This document shows, piece after piece, positions 20,004 to 31,353 of a stretch of DNA of 64,000 nucleotides (the stretch's first letter is position 1; each line of letters begins with the position of its first letter). The stretch comes from an uncultured delta proteobacterium (GTDB lineage: Bacteria > Desulfobacterota > Binatia > UBA9968). The notes below the pieces were generated by a model. It saw only the letters and a program-made list of their open reading frames with translations. It had not been told where the DNA came from and did no database searches. The translations under genes and the position numbers were made by a program. Location of the stretch: assembly GCA_963728565.1 (NCBI GenBank), contig CAVSLC010000010.1, positions 256,001 through 320,000 of the forward strand, given 5' to 3'.

Positions 20004-22468
20004 ATGAAACCGCAATTCACTATCGTTGAATTTCTCCAGACAGTGCTTTGTTGTGTTTATGTCCTTTCACTTACGTCGACTTCAGCCTTGTGGGCACAGG
20101 AAAAGGTTGGCCTTAAAGACGTCAGGATAACCGGCAATGTGAGAGTCGAAGAAGACGGTATTCGACTTCATATCAAAAGCCGAGCCGGTGCCGATTTCGA
20201 TCCCGCTCTCGTCGAACAAGACGTCAAAGCGATTTTTAGGATGGGATTCTTCGACGACGTCGAAGCCCAGCTCTCCCCTGAGAACGTATTGATCTATTCA
20301 GTCAAAGAGAAACCCTACGTGCGCGAGGTAAGAATACAGGGCGCCTCACAAGTAGGGCGTGAGAAAATCGAAACCGCTCTCGGCGTGACGCCGCGAACGG
20401 TTCTCGACCGGAGCAAGGTTGCCGAGGGTATCGAGAAGGTCAGAAGGCTGTACGGCGAGCAGGGGTACGGGAATGCTCAGGTGGATTATGCCGTATCGGT
20501 TGAATCTAACAATCAGGCCGTTTTGGTCCTTGATATAAACGAGGGGAATCGGCTGTTGATCAAGAAGATCAGCTTCGAAGGTAATCGCACGTTTAGCGAA
20601 AGCGAACTCAAAGGCTTGATGGCGACGAAGGAAGAGTGGCTCTTTTCTTTCATAACAAATCGCGGTGTTCTGGATCGCGATATCCTGACCAATGATGTTG
20701 CCATTTTAGGTAATCATTACATCGATCACGGCTACATCGATCATAAGATCGATGAGCCGGTGGTGTTACGCGGCCGCGATGGCCTGGAATTGGTGATCAG
20801 AGTCCACGAAGGGCCGCAATACCGTGTCGGCAAGGTCGAGATCGGCGGGGACTTGATTCAAGGCGGCGAAGAGATGCTGAAGCGGGTGAAAATCACCGAA
20901 GGGCAGATCTTTAGAGGCAGCCGTTTGCGTGACGATATTTCCGCCTTGACCGATCTCTACTCCAACAAAGGGTTTGCTTTCGCGCAAATCGAACCGGTCA
21001 CCAAAGTCAACGCCAGTGAAAAGAAGGTCGATATCGCGCTGGTCATCGCTAAAGGTCCGCCGGTGTACTTCAATCGAGTTTTAGTCGCGGGGAACACCAA
21101 AACCAGGGATAAGGTGGTTCGCAGGGAGTTACTGACTTCCGAACAAGAGCTCTATTCCAGTTCGAAGATCTCTCAGAGCCGAAACGCGCTTCAACGGACC
21201 GGGTATTTTGAGGACGTCCAGCTGACCACGAAAAAGACTGACCAACCTGATACGGTGGATCTCCTGGTCGATGTTAAGGAAGGGCCTACCGGCACATTCA
21301 CCTTGGGGGCCGGTTTTAGCAGCGGGGACGGGTTTATTTTCAATGCCAGCATCGCCGAAAAGAATTTGTTTGGCCGCGGCCAGGGACTTAACGGCAGTTT
21401 CGCAATCGGCTCCAGTCGCCAAGACTTTATAGTCGGGTTTGCCGAGCCGTACTTCAACGACACTCCGATGGCTTTAGGGGTCGATGCCTTCAACACGCAG
21501 CGCGAATTCAACGATTTCGATGAAAGAAAGTTGGGTTTCGGAATCAATACTAGCTATCCTTTGAAGGATCTCAGCGTGCCGTTTTATGGCCGGCTTAGGA
21601 AGCAGCCTGCGCTCGGATCGGATCAATTGGCCAGCAATCCGGCGCCCTCGGTTTGGGATTATATGCGCGGCGGAATAGGTTATGACTTTACTCGTGAGAC
21701 CATCAATAATGTCGAGGCCACGGCTCCAACGACAATTCAGGACGAAAAAGGCACATCGTTAACCAGCGCGATGACCCCAAGCATTAGCTACGACAGCCGG
21801 GATCATTTCTTTAACCCGACCGAGGGAGCTAAATCCGCTTTCTCGGTCAAGTTTGCGGGATTGGGCGGCGATAATCGTTTTATCAAATCAGATTTGAGCG
21901 GTCGCTGGTATTATCCTCTTTTGAAAGACCCTAACTGGGGCGGCGCCTATGTGCTGTCTTTAGGCGGATCCCTGGGGTACGGCGTCGGATTGGTCCAACG
22001 CTCTGATAGTATAAACGATTTGCCGCTGTTCGAGCGTTACTTCCTTGGCGGAATCAATTCCGTGCGCGGCTTCGCGGAACGAAGCCTCGGTCCGCGGGAA
22101 CCCGCCAATTGCGATAGATGGGATAATGCACCGACACTGAAGTAGTCGGTGGCGACAAGGCGATGGTACTGAGCGCCGAACTGATGTTTCCAATCATGGA
22201 GCAATTCGGGCTTCGCGGCGTGGCTTTCTTCGATATGGGTAATTCGTTCGGTGGATCTGATAAGTTCAGTATCACTGACCTTAGAAGATCGGTCGGTTTC
22301 GGAGCGCGATGGATGTCCCCGTTTGGTCCTTTGCGTGTCGAGCTTGGATTCCCCCTGAACAAGCAATCCGATGATGAAACTTCGGTCATCGGCTTCACTC
22401 TGGGCAGCCCAGCCCTAGCTGGCATTCTTGTCCCCTGTCCACTAAGCTCTAATTTTCTGGAGGCGTAA
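20004..22468 (+). CDS. bamA: outer-membrane protein assembly factor BamA (frameshift near 22115; likely second one near 22408 giving a stop at about 22418)
   Basis: POTRA repeats, GNTKTRDKVVRRE, VRGF, W.SPFGPL; C-terminus in ORF 22163..22468. Confidence 0.93.
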
Positions 22469-22975
22469 GTGAAATATTGGTTGGTTTTGTTTTTGAGTCT
22501 TCTGTGTATTCCAGCAGTTGGAGCCCAAGACCGGGTCAAAATCGGCTTTATCGACATACAGCGCGCGATCTCGGATTCCAACGCCGGTAAACGGGCCAAG
22601 GAACGATTTCAGGCGCAGGTGAAAAAGGCGGAAGCTGAGCTTCTTAAAGAAAAGACCGAGCTCGAGCGGCTCAAGGCGGATCTGGATAAAAAGGGACCTC
22701 TGATGAAGGAGGAAGAGCGGCGCAACTTGGAGGTTGATCTGCAGAGACGATACGTCAATTATCAACGAACAATGACTGACCAGCAACAGGAGCTTCGGCA
22801 GAAAGAGGGCGCATTAACCGGAGACATCCTCAAAGAGCTCGAGAAGATTGTCAACGAGATCGGAAAATCCGACAAATTTACTTTGATCTTGGAACGAAAC
22901 CAAATTCTTTACAGCGACCAAGGAATCGACGTCACAAACAAAGTGATCGAAGTTTTCAACAGCCGCAATAAATAG
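22469..22975 (+). CDS. skp: periplasmic chaperone Skp/OmpH
   Basis: Signal peptide, KIGFIDIQ, long coiled coil, DVT.KVI; position after bamA. Confidence 0.92.
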   Translation: MKYWLVLFLSLLCIPAVGAQDRVKIGFIDIQRAISDSNAGKRAKERFQAQVKKAEAELLKEKTELERLKADLDKKGPLMKEEERRNLEVDLQRRYVNYQRTMTDQQQELRQKEGALTGDILKELEKIVNEIGKSDKFTLILERNQILYSDQGIDVTNKVIEVFNSRNK

Positions 22976-22977
22976 AA

Positions 22978-24043
22978 GTGCCGCCGCGAGAACGAATACT
23001 TCGCGATTTGGCCGAGTACGTCGGCGGCCGAATTATCGGCGACGATTCCGTCAAGATCTCTAGAGTTTCGCCGATCGAAGAAGCCGGTACGGGCGATATT
23101 ACCTTTCTCGCTAACCCTCGCTACGCCAGGTTCATTTCGGCTTCCAAGGCCAGCGCGATTATCGTCGCGCCCCAACTGGTGGCCCCCGAGCGAGCGCAAA
23201 CCGGTCAAGGTTTCTTAGAGGTGGCGCAGCCCTATGTGGCGTTTGCTAAAATTCTTCAGCTGTTTGCTCCGGGTGCCGAGTATCGCCGGGAAATTGCTCC
23301 TTCCGCGCATATTGATCCGACCGCAAAGCTTGGTCACGATGTCTCGGCCTACCCCAATGTCTATATAGGGAAATCCGTCCTGATCGGAGATCGCAGCGTT
23401 TTGCTTCCAGGGGTGTTTTTGGGCGATCGAGTGGAGATCGGTAGCGACTGCGTGCTGCATCCCAACGTGGTCGTTCGCGATGGATGCCGGCTCGGCAACA
23501 GGGTCATTCTTCATGCGGGTGTGGTTATTGGCAGCGATGGCTTCGGCTACGCGGGGAGCGGCGAACATAGGATCAAGATCCCTCAGGTGGGCATCGTCGA
23601 GGTCGAAGACGATGTCGAGATCGGCGCCAATACAACGATCGATCGCGCAACTCTTGGCCGCACACTCATTGGACGAGGCGCTAAAATCGATAATCTCGTG
23701 CAAATTGCGCATAATGTTACCGTGGGAGCAAACTCGGTGATCGCGGCGCAAGCCGGGATCGCCGGCAGTACGAAATTGGGCAAGAATGTGACTTTGGCCG
23801 GACAAGTGGGGGTAGTCAATCATATCGAGATCGGCGACGGAGCGGTCATCGGACCGCAGTCCGGAGTGCCTCAGTCTGTGCCAGCGGGAGCGTTGCTGTC
23901 TGGGCGGTATTGGCGTAGCGCCGCATCACGAGTGGCTAAAGGTGATGACTCTTTTGCCGCAGCTACCTAAGCTGTGGACACTGGTGCGGCGCCTCGAGAA
24001 GCAAGTGGCACAGCTTGCGAATCGGCAACCAAAGGAAAAGTAG
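22978..24043 (+). CDS. lpxD: UDP-3-O-acyl-glucosamine N-acyltransferase LpxD (+1 frameshift near 23903)
   Basis: IGSDGFGY, KIPQVG, IGANTTIDR, KIDNLVQIAHNV; C-terminal helix HEWLKVMTLLPQLPKL... in shifted frame to TAG 24043. Confidence 0.95.
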
Positions 24044-24047
24044 GGTT

Positions 24048-24485
24048 ATGGTCGAGGTCAAAGACATCCTAAAATATCTTCCCCATCGGTATCCGTTTCT
24101 GTTGGTCGATAAGGTTTTGCAAATCGATGGAGAAGAGAAAATCGTCGCTATCAAGAATGTCTCGTTCAACGAGAATTTCTTCCAAGGCCACTTTCCCAAC
24201 CGCCCGGTGATGCCGGGAGTATTGATCTGTGAAGCTATGGCTCAGGTCGGCGCGATCTTCGCACATAACGCCCGCGGCGGTATGGAAGATAACAAGGTGT
24301 TCGTGCTTACCGGTCTGGATAATGTGAAATTCAAACGGCCGGTGGAACCCGGAGACCAATTACGAATGGAATTGACCTGTTTGAAGCGCCGCGGCAGTTT
24401 CTGGAAAATGCACGGGAACGCGTTGGTCGACGGCAAGCTGGTGGCTCAGGCTGAGATTTCCGCCATGGAAATCGACATGCCCTAG
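24048..24485 (+). CDS. fabZ: 3-hydroxyacyl-ACP dehydratase
   Basis: LPHRYPFLLVD, FQGHFP..PVMPGVLI.EAMAQ, PGDQL. Confidence 0.98.
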   Translation: MVEVKDILKYLPHRYPFLLVDKVLQIDGEEKIVAIKNVSFNENFFQGHFPNRPVMPGVLICEAMAQVGAIFAHNARGGMEDNKVFVLTGLDNVKFKRPVEPGDQLRMELTCLKRRGSFWKMHGNALVDGKLVAQAEISAMEIDMP

Positions 24486-24493
24486 GGTTCACC

Positions 24494-25270
24494 ATGAGCA
24501 GGATCCACCAGACAGCTTTGATCGATCGCCATGCGGAAATAGATACTGACGTTGAGATCGGCCCTTACAGTGTTATTGGCGCCGGAGTAAAAATCGGCCA
24601 ACAAACCAGAGTGGCGTCTCACGTGGTGATTGAAGGCCGCACTTCAATCGGCCAAGGGAACACGATCTATCAATTTGCCACCATCGGATCCAGGCCGCAG
24701 GATCTCAAGTACAGGGGAGAGGCCAGCGAATTGATCATCGGCAACCACAACACCATCCGAGAATACGTCTCGCTTAATCCAGGAACCGCCGGCGGCGGAA
24801 TGGTCACCCGTGTGGGTGACCATAATTTGTTGATGATGCACTGCCATATCGCTCACGACTGTCTGATCGGCAGCCACAATATCATTGCCAATGGCGCCAC
24901 GCTGGGCGGGCATGTGATGGTCCAAGATTATGTGATCGTCGGCGGCTTGGTTGGCATTCATCAGTTCGCCCGTATCGGCTCGGGAGCGATTTTGGGAGCG
25001 GGATCAATGGTTTCCAAAGATGTTCCGCCTTTTTGCAATGCCACCGGTGATCGGGCCCGTCTTCGCGGGCTCAACCTCGAAGGACTAAAACGCCGGGGTT
25101 TTACTACCGCCGCGATCGACGCTTTGAAGAAGGCTTACCGGATAATATTCCAATCGAAGCTCAAAACCAAAGACGCGCTAGAAAAGGTCCGCCGCGAGAT
25201 ATCACCCACGGCCGAAATCGATATCTTGTTAGCTTTCATCGCCCAATCTCAACGCGGCATTTGCCGATAG
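24494..25270 (+). CDS. lpxA: UDP-N-acetylglucosamine acyltransferase LpxA
   Basis: Hexapeptide repeats, PQDLKY, HIAHDC, LGGHV, HQF, DVPPF, GLN.EGLKRRG. Confidence 0.97.
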   Translation: MSRIHQTALIDRHAEIDTDVEIGPYSVIGAGVKIGQQTRVASHVVIEGRTSIGQGNTIYQFATIGSRPQDLKYRGEASELIIGNHNTIREYVSLNPGTAGGGMVTRVGDHNLLMMHCHIAHDCLIGSHNIIANGATLGGHVMVQDYVIVGGLVGIHQFARIGSGAILGAGSMVSKDVPPFCNATGDRARLRGLNLEGLKRRGFTTAAIDALKKAYRIIFQSKLKTKDALEKVRREISPTAEIDILLAFIAQSQRGICR

Positions 25271-26124
25271 CTGAGGTCACCTCCGATCCAGCGCTCGCCA
25301 GCGTGAACTCTCTTTACGACAAGCGAATAGGTTTAATCGCCGGCAACGGTCGGTTCCCCTATATTTTCGCTCAGGAAGCCAAACGAGGCGGATACTCTGT
25401 TGTAGCAGTTGCTCATCGCGACGAGACACTTGCAGAGATTGAGAACGTTGTCGACGAATTGACCTGGGTTTACGTTGGACAGCTGGGAAAAATCATCCGC
25501 ACCTTTCATCGCGCGCAAGTCACCCAGGCGGTCATGGCAGGTGGGATTCGCAAAGTGAGGCTGTTCGGCAATTTCCGACCTGACTTGCGTGGTGCCAACT
25601 TTCTGGCCCGTCTGAAGAGTCGGGACGATGATGCCTTACTTCGTGGTATCGCCAACGAGCTTGAGAAGGACGGGATTACGATTTTGGAATCAACTCTGTG
25701 CGTGCCGCAAATTATTACCACTGCCGGCGTTCTGACCCGCCAGGTGCCATCCGATCGGCATTGGAAGGACATCCGTTTCGGCCTCCATGTTGCCAAAGAA
25801 ATCGGCCGTCTGGGTATTGGCCAAACCGTTGTAGTAAAAAATGGCATGGTGATCGCCGTAGAGGCGGTGGAAGGCACCGATGAGGCGATTAAGCGGGGCG
25901 GTAGTTTGGCGCGTTCCGGTTGTGTGGTCATCAAGGTCAGCAAGCCGAACCAAGATCTGCGCTTCGACGTTCCCGCCGTTGGCGTGGAAACTATCAAAAT
26001 ACTTCGCCAAGCCGGCGCGGTTGCTTTAGCTCTAGAAGCGGGGAAAACATTATTGTTGGAGAAAGATGCGCTGCTCGCGGAGGCCGATGCCGGCGGAATC
26101 GCTGTTGTCGGCGTGGCCGCTTGA
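25261..26124 (+). CDS. lpxI: UDP-2,3-diacylglucosamine hydrolase LpxI
   Basis: IGLIAGNG.FP, IGQTVV, AVEAVEGTD, KP.QDLRFDVP.VG. Confidence 0.93.
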   Translation: MPIAEVTSDPALASVNSLYDKRIGLIAGNGRFPYIFAQEAKRGGYSVVAVAHRDETLAEIENVVDELTWVYVGQLGKIIRTFHRAQVTQAVMAGGIRKVRLFGNFRPDLRGANFLARLKSRDDDALLRGIANELEKDGITILESTLCVPQIITTAGVLTRQVPSDRHWKDIRFGLHVAKEIGRLGIGQTVVVKNGMVIAVEAVEGTDEAIKRGGSLARSGCVVIKVSKPNQDLRFDVPAVGVETIKILRQAGAVALALEAGKTLLLEKDALLAEADAGGIAVVGVAA

Positions 26125-26137
26125 GCAGCAATTAAAC

Positions 26138-27070
26138 ATGCATCCACGCCGGAAAATCCCAGCTGCGGTCATCGGGGTCGGATACTTAGGTAAATTTCAT
26201 GCGGAGAAGTATGCCGCCTCGGAAAAGGCTGATCTCGTCGCTGTGGTCGATGAGGATAGTGCCCGTGCCGCTGAAATTGGCGGCGGCGTGGGAGCCGTGG
26301 GATTGACCGATTACCGCGAGCTATTCGGCCGAGTACAGTGTGTCAGTATTGCCGTTCCAACTCGGGTCCACTATCAAGTCGCCAAAGACTTAATAACCGC
26401 CGGCATCGATGTGCTGGTCGAAAAACCGCTCGCGGCAAACCTGGACGAGGCAAGGGATTTGGTCGCCCTGGCCGAGTCTCGGAATTGTATTCTGCAGGTG
26501 GGGCATCTGGAGCGCTTTAACCCGGCAATCCGGCGCCTCGAAGGAGTCATCAAAGAGCCGAAGTTCGTCGAATGCCATCGGTTGGCACCGTTCGTCGAAA
26601 GAGGCACGGATGTTGACGTCGTGCTTGATCTGATGATTCACGACATCGATGTTATTGCCAGCTTGGTTCGTTCTCCGGTGATTCGTGTGGAGGCAGTTGG
26701 CGTGCCGGTTCTGACCGAAACGCCGGACATTGCCAACGCCCGGCTGATATTTGCCAACGGCTGCATCGCCAACGTCACCGCCAGCCGAGTCTCGATCAAG
26801 CGGGAACGAAAAGTTCGATTCTTTCAACCTGACGCTTATATCTCAATCGACTACGATCAACGCCGTGCCCAGATAATCTACAAGCCGGCGCCGGGCGCGG
26901 GATGGCTAGACCTGCGCAGTGAAAACATCGAATTCAAGGAAGGAGATGCTCTCGCCGATGAGATCGACTCATTTCTCGATTGTGTGCGCTCGCGAACGGC
27001 CCCCCTGGTCAGCGGCGTTGACGGCCTCAACGCCTTGGAAATAGCATCGTTGATCCGAGCTCAGCTTTGA
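26138..27070 (+). CDS. Gfo/Idh/MocA oxidoreductase, GnnA-like (UDP-GlcNAc 3-dehydrogenase candidate)
   Basis: GVGYLG, VEKP, QVGHLERFNPA, DLMIHDID; located between lpxA/lpxI and lpxB. Confidence 0.85.
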   Translation: MHPRRKIPAAVIGVGYLGKFHAEKYAASEKADLVAVVDEDSARAAEIGGGVGAVGLTDYRELFGRVQCVSIAVPTRVHYQVAKDLITAGIDVLVEKPLAANLDEARDLVALAESRNCILQVGHLERFNPAIRRLEGVIKEPKFVECHRLAPFVERGTDVDVVLDLMIHDIDVIASLVRSPVIRVEAVGVPVLTETPDIANARLIFANGCIANVTASRVSIKRERKVRFFQPDAYISIDYDQRRAQIIYKPAPGAGWLDLRSENIEFKEGDALADEIDSFLDCVRSRTAPLVSGVDGLNALEIASLIRAQL

Positions 27071-27097
27071 TCTGCCCGAAGTGTCGACATTTCGCTT

Positions 27098-28247
27098 ATG
27101 AATCGTGGCAGAGAGATCATGCTGGTCGTCGGCGAAGCCTCCGGCGATATGCATGGGGCCAGCCTGGTCAAAGCGTTATTGAAGCGAGATCCGAATCTCA
27201 CGTTCTTCGGCGTCGCCGGCGACCAGCTGCAACGAACAAGTTTCGAGACCCTTTTCACCGTGTCGAAACTGACCGGAATGGGGCTCCTCGAATTGGCAGG
27301 CAACATCAAAAATATTATCGCAGCGTATCGTCTTTTGCGCCGGACATTGCGGACACGCAGACCGAGCCTTCTCATCCTCATCGACTTCCCGGAATTCAAT
27401 TTGCGACTGGCCAGGCTCGCTAAAAAACTCGATGTGCCGGTGCTCTATTACGTTAGTCCCCAGGTATGGGCGTGGCGCCGCGGCAGAATCCGGGAAATCG
27501 CCCAGGTAGTTGACAAGATGGCGGTGGTGTTCCCGTTTGAAGTCGAGTTCTATGAGGGACACCACGTGCCAGTCGAATTTGTCGGCCATCCATTGCTGGA
27601 TGTCGTGCGGGTGAGTCAAAAACGTGAGTCTATCTTGAGCGAACTCGGGTTGGACAAAGAAAGGCCGGTCATCGCGTTGCTTCCGGGGAGCAGGCGAAAA
27701 GAAGTTGCTTATCATTTGCCGATAATGGTTGCCGCGGCCACCGAGTTGAAGCGCGTTGCGCAGGCGCAGTTTTTTTGTGTCAGAGCCAATACCCTGGATC
27801 GAGCGGAGTTGCAGAAATCGCTGGATCGCGCCGGCTTCGTGATACCTATAGTCGAAGGCGGACGTTACAACGCCATAAATGCCGCGGATCTTGTCTGGGC
27901 GGCTTCCGGGACCGCCACCTTGGAAACAGCGCTGCTCGAGAAACCGATGATCGTGGTTTATCGGGTTTCCTGGGTCACGTATTGGCTTGCTCGCTTGTTG
28001 GTCAAGATCAAATATATCGGCATCGCCAACATCATCGCCGGGAAGGCGATTGTTCCAGAATTGGTTCAATCGGATCTGTCGCCCGAACGGCTTGTGCAGG
28101 AGAGTCAGTCGATACTCAATGATCACGAAGCCCGCAGGACAATGATCGCAAACCTCCGTAGTGCTCCGAGAGCAACTCGGTGCCCCCGGCGCCGCCAATC
28201 GCGTCGCCGAACTGGCCGTCTCATTGATGGCGCCAGTCAAAGCTTAA
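27098..28247 (+). CDS. lpxB: lipid-A-disaccharide synthase LpxB (+1 frameshift near 28156)
   Basis: GEASGD.HG, IDFPEFN, YVSPQVWAWR, FVGHPL, LLPGSR, SGTATLE; LGAPGAANRVA end in shifted frame. Confidence 0.95.
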
Positions 28248-28262
28248 TTAGACTGAGACTCT

Positions 28263-30017
28263 GTGAAAACCTATCGACGCTTACTGCCCTTTTTGAAGCC
28301 GTATATTTGGCCCTACTTCGCATTGGGCATTGTTTGCATGCTTGGCTATAGCGCCACCGACGGCGTGATTCCATTCCTGGTGCGGAGCGTGTTCGATGAT
28401 CTTTTTCAAAAAAAGGATCCGAACATGCTGCGCTATGTTCCTTTAGCCATCATCGTAGTCTTTAGCGCGCGCGGTCTGCTCAACTTCGGCCAGCATTATT
28501 TCAGTGATTATGTTGGGCTGCGCATTATCAATGACGTGCGCAACCAACTCAACTGCCATCTGCAATATCTGTCGCTGGCTTTTTTTTACCGGCATCCCAC
28601 TGGAACACTTCTCTCTCGGGTGGGCAATGACGTCACTCTATTGCGTGCCGTGCTTACGGATGCGCTGGCCTCGCTGGTGCGAGACAGTCTCTCGGTGATC
28701 GTGCTGATCGGCGTTGCCTTTTACCAGGATTGGGTCTTGGCCTCGATCGCGTTTTTTGTATTTCCCGCATCGGTTCTGCCGGTGATGCGCATGAGCAGAA
28801 AAATCAAGCGGTTCACCAAACGCGGGCAGATCAGCACGGGTAATCTAACCGCCCTGCTGCAGGAAAGCGTCCAAGGTAATCGCATCGTCAAGGCGTTCGG
28901 CATGGAAGAGTACGAGATCAAACGTTTTACCGCGGAGAATTGGCGGCTTTTCAAGCAATCGGTGCGGGCAAGCCGAATCAAGGCGGTGGTCACTCCAACG
29001 ATGGAATTTTTGGCTTCCTTCGGGATTGCCGGAGTCGTCTGGTACGGAGGTTCGAGCGTCATCGGCGGCGGTCGAACGCAAGGCGAGTTCATGGCTTTCA
29101 TGGCCGCAATGATGCTCATGTACCAGCCGTTTAAATCCCTTGCCAGAACCTATGCAGCGGTTCAGCAAGGGATTGCCGGGGCGGAAAGAGTCTTCGAAAT
29201 CCTGGATACGCGTGCCGACGTGCAGGAACGTCCCGGCGCCCGAGCGGCTCAGAGGTTCACGGAATCCATCGAATTTCATGATGTGAGCTTCGGTTACGGT
29301 GAAAAGCTGGTCTTGAAGGATATTAACTTGCGCATTAGCGCCGGTGAAATGGTCGCGCTCGTCGGGATTAGCGGTGTCGGCAAAAGCACCATGGCCGACC
29401 TGATCCCGCGCTTTTACGATGTTACGGCCGGCGCCGTTACTATGGACAACATCGATATCCGAGACCTCACGTTGCGAACGTTGCGGCAGCAAATCGGTCT
29501 GGTAAGTCAGCATACCTTTCTGTTTAACGACACGATCCGCAACAACATCAGTTATGGCGATCCGGAACGCAGCATCGATGCTATCATAGCCGCCGCCAAG
29601 GCGGCCTATGCCCACGATTTCATCATGTCGTTGCCCAGGGGCTACGATACCAACATCGGTGAAATGGGGCTGCAACTTTCCGGCGGTCAAAGGCAGCGGC
29701 TCGCGATTGCGCGGGCACTCTTGAAAGACGCGCCGATTCTGATTCTCGACGAGGCGACTTCGGCTCTCGACGCCCAATCAGAACGATCGGTGCAAAATGC
29801 TCTCGATAACCTGATGACCCGACGGACCACAGTAGTGGTGGCGCACCGGCTGTCGACGATTCGTCGCGCGGACCGAATCGTGGTTTTGGTTGGCGGAAAA
29901 ATCGCTGAACAAGGTCGTCACGAGGAACTGATGGCGCGCAAGCAGGAATACAGCCGCCTCTACAGTATGCAGTTGCTCGAAGATGTCCAACCGGTCGAAC
30001 CAAAGATCATGCACTGA
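28263..30017 (+). CDS. msbA: lipid A flippase ABC transporter MsbA
   Basis: TMD + NBD, LSGGQRQR, LDEATSALD, AHRLST; follows lpxB. Confidence 0.92.
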   Translation: MKTYRRLLPFLKPYIWPYFALGIVCMLGYSATDGVIPFLVRSVFDDLFQKKDPNMLRYVPLAIIVVFSARGLLNFGQHYFSDYVGLRIINDVRNQLNCHLQYLSLAFFYRHPTGTLLSRVGNDVTLLRAVLTDALASLVRDSLSVIVLIGVAFYQDWVLASIAFFVFPASVLPVMRMSRKIKRFTKRGQISTGNLTALLQESVQGNRIVKAFGMEEYEIKRFTAENWRLFKQSVRASRIKAVVTPTMEFLASFGIAGVVWYGGSSVIGGGRTQGEFMAFMAAMMLMYQPFKSLARTYAAVQQGIAGAERVFEILDTRADVQERPGARAAQRFTESIEFHDVSFGYGEKLVLKDINLRISAGEMVALVGISGVGKSTMADLIPRFYDVTAGAVTMDNIDIRDLTLRTLRQQIGLVSQHTFLFNDTIRNNISYGDPERSIDAIIAAAKAAYAHDFIMSLPRGYDTNIGEMGLQLSGGQRQRLAIARALLKDAPILILDEATSALDAQSERSVQNALDNLMTRRTTVVVAHRLSTIRRADRIVVLVGGKIAEQGRHEELMARKQEYSRLYSMQLLEDVQPVEPKIMH

Positions 30018-30031
30018 ACTATCCTCGAGCG

Positions 30032-31321
30032 ATGGGCTATCTAACTTACAATGTGTTTATTACACTGTCTTTCTTGGTCGCCTTGCCAGTTCTTCCACTG
30101 CTGCTGTTCGGAGGAGAACGCTTCCGGGCTGGGTTCGGGCAGAGACTAGGGTGGTATTCAATCGACAGTGCAGTTCGGTCCAAGGCTCAACGACCGCTCT
30201 GGATACACGCGGCTTCGGTCGGGGAGGTCCGGTCCGTGCGCGCGTTGAGCGAACAACTTAGGCGGCGCTTTCCTGATCGTGCTATCATCCTATCCACCTT
30301 GACGCATACGGGAAACCTGACCGCGCGTCAAAATCCGGCGATTGATCGGGTTATTTATTTGCCCTTGGACCTTTGGTGGACAGTGCGACGAGCACTGGCT
30401 GTTTTCGACCCAGCTGTGTTGATTTTTATCGAGACCGAAATCTGGCCCAATTTGTTGCGTCAAGCTCATCGCAAAGGGTTACCGACCATTCTTCTGAGTG
30501 GGCGCGTTTCCGAGAAGGGATATAATAATTACCGCCGGCTCGGGTGGTTCTTCAAAAAAGTCTTTCGATTGTTAAGAGCCTGTGGCATGCAGTCGGAAAT
30601 CGATCGACAGCGAATCATCAGGCTGGGGGCAGCGCCCAGCCGGGTCTCGATTACTGGCAACCTAAAGGATGCCGCTGTGCTGGGTGACGAAACGGCGCGG
30701 TCCGAGATCTGCGAGCAAAGGCCGGGCGACAGCTGGATTTGGGTCGTAGGTAGTTCGCATCGAGGGGAGGAAGAAATTGCCTGTGCGGCGTTCAAAACCT
30801 TGAAGCAGCAATTCCCGCGGCTGCGCATGATTCTAGCGCCGCGTCATCCGCAACGTTTCGCCGAAGTAGGAAAACTGCTGGCTACCAGCGGAGTTTCATT
30901 TGAAAAGAAAAGTAGCATCGGAACCAAGCGCGAGTTCCAACGTGACGTCCTTTTTTTGGACACCATCGGCGACTTGGAACGTTTTTATGCCGACGCCGAT
31001 TTGGCATTTGTCGGCGGCAGCCTGGTAGATGCGGGGGGGCATAATCTTTTGGAACCGGCTCGCTTGCGCAAACCCGTTCTCTTCGGTCCCTATACTTCGA
31101 ATGTGAAGTTGCTGGCGCGGAGGCTGAAACAAAATGGCGGCGGCTTTGAAGTACGAGGCGTCGAAGATTTAGTGCGTGAAATAAGCGAACTGCTGTCGGA
31201 TCCGCAAAAACGCCGGCTAGCTGGGGATAAGGCGTATGAAGTCGCTGTCATAGATGACACCGTCATCGATCAAAGCTTGAATATTGTCGCCAGATATCTC
31301 CCCGCGTCCGCCGCTACCTAG
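30032..31321 (+). CDS. waaA: Kdo transferase WaaA
   Basis: WIHAASVGE, ETEIWPN, TGNLK, APRHPQRF, FVGGSL..GGHN.LEPA. Confidence 0.96.
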   Translation: MGYLTYNVFITLSFLVALPVLPLLLFGGERFRAGFGQRLGWYSIDSAVRSKAQRPLWIHAASVGEVRSVRALSEQLRRRFPDRAIILSTLTHTGNLTARQNPAIDRVIYLPLDLWWTVRRALAVFDPAVLIFIETEIWPNLLRQAHRKGLPTILLSGRVSEKGYNNYRRLGWFFKKVFRLLRACGMQSEIDRQRIIRLGAAPSRVSITGNLKDAAVLGDETARSEICEQRPGDSWIWVVGSSHRGEEEIACAAFKTLKQQFPRLRMILAPRHPQRFAEVGKLLATSGVSFEKKSSIGTKREFQRDVLFLDTIGDLERFYADADLAFVGGSLVDAGGHNLLEPARLRKPVLFGPYTSNVKLLARRLKQNGGGFEVRGVEDLVREISELLSDPQKRRLAGDKAYEVAVIDDTVIDQSLNIVARYLPASAAT

Positions 31322-31353
31322 TTGGTCGGCCGTCGCCATACACGTTTGGAGTC

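Noticed and set aside
27176-28240. Long antisense ORFs (354 aa here; also 28845..29777, 35195..35953, 50859..51521, 25506..26147)
   Set aside because: Shadows of well-supported genes on the opposite strand, with no recognisable motifs.
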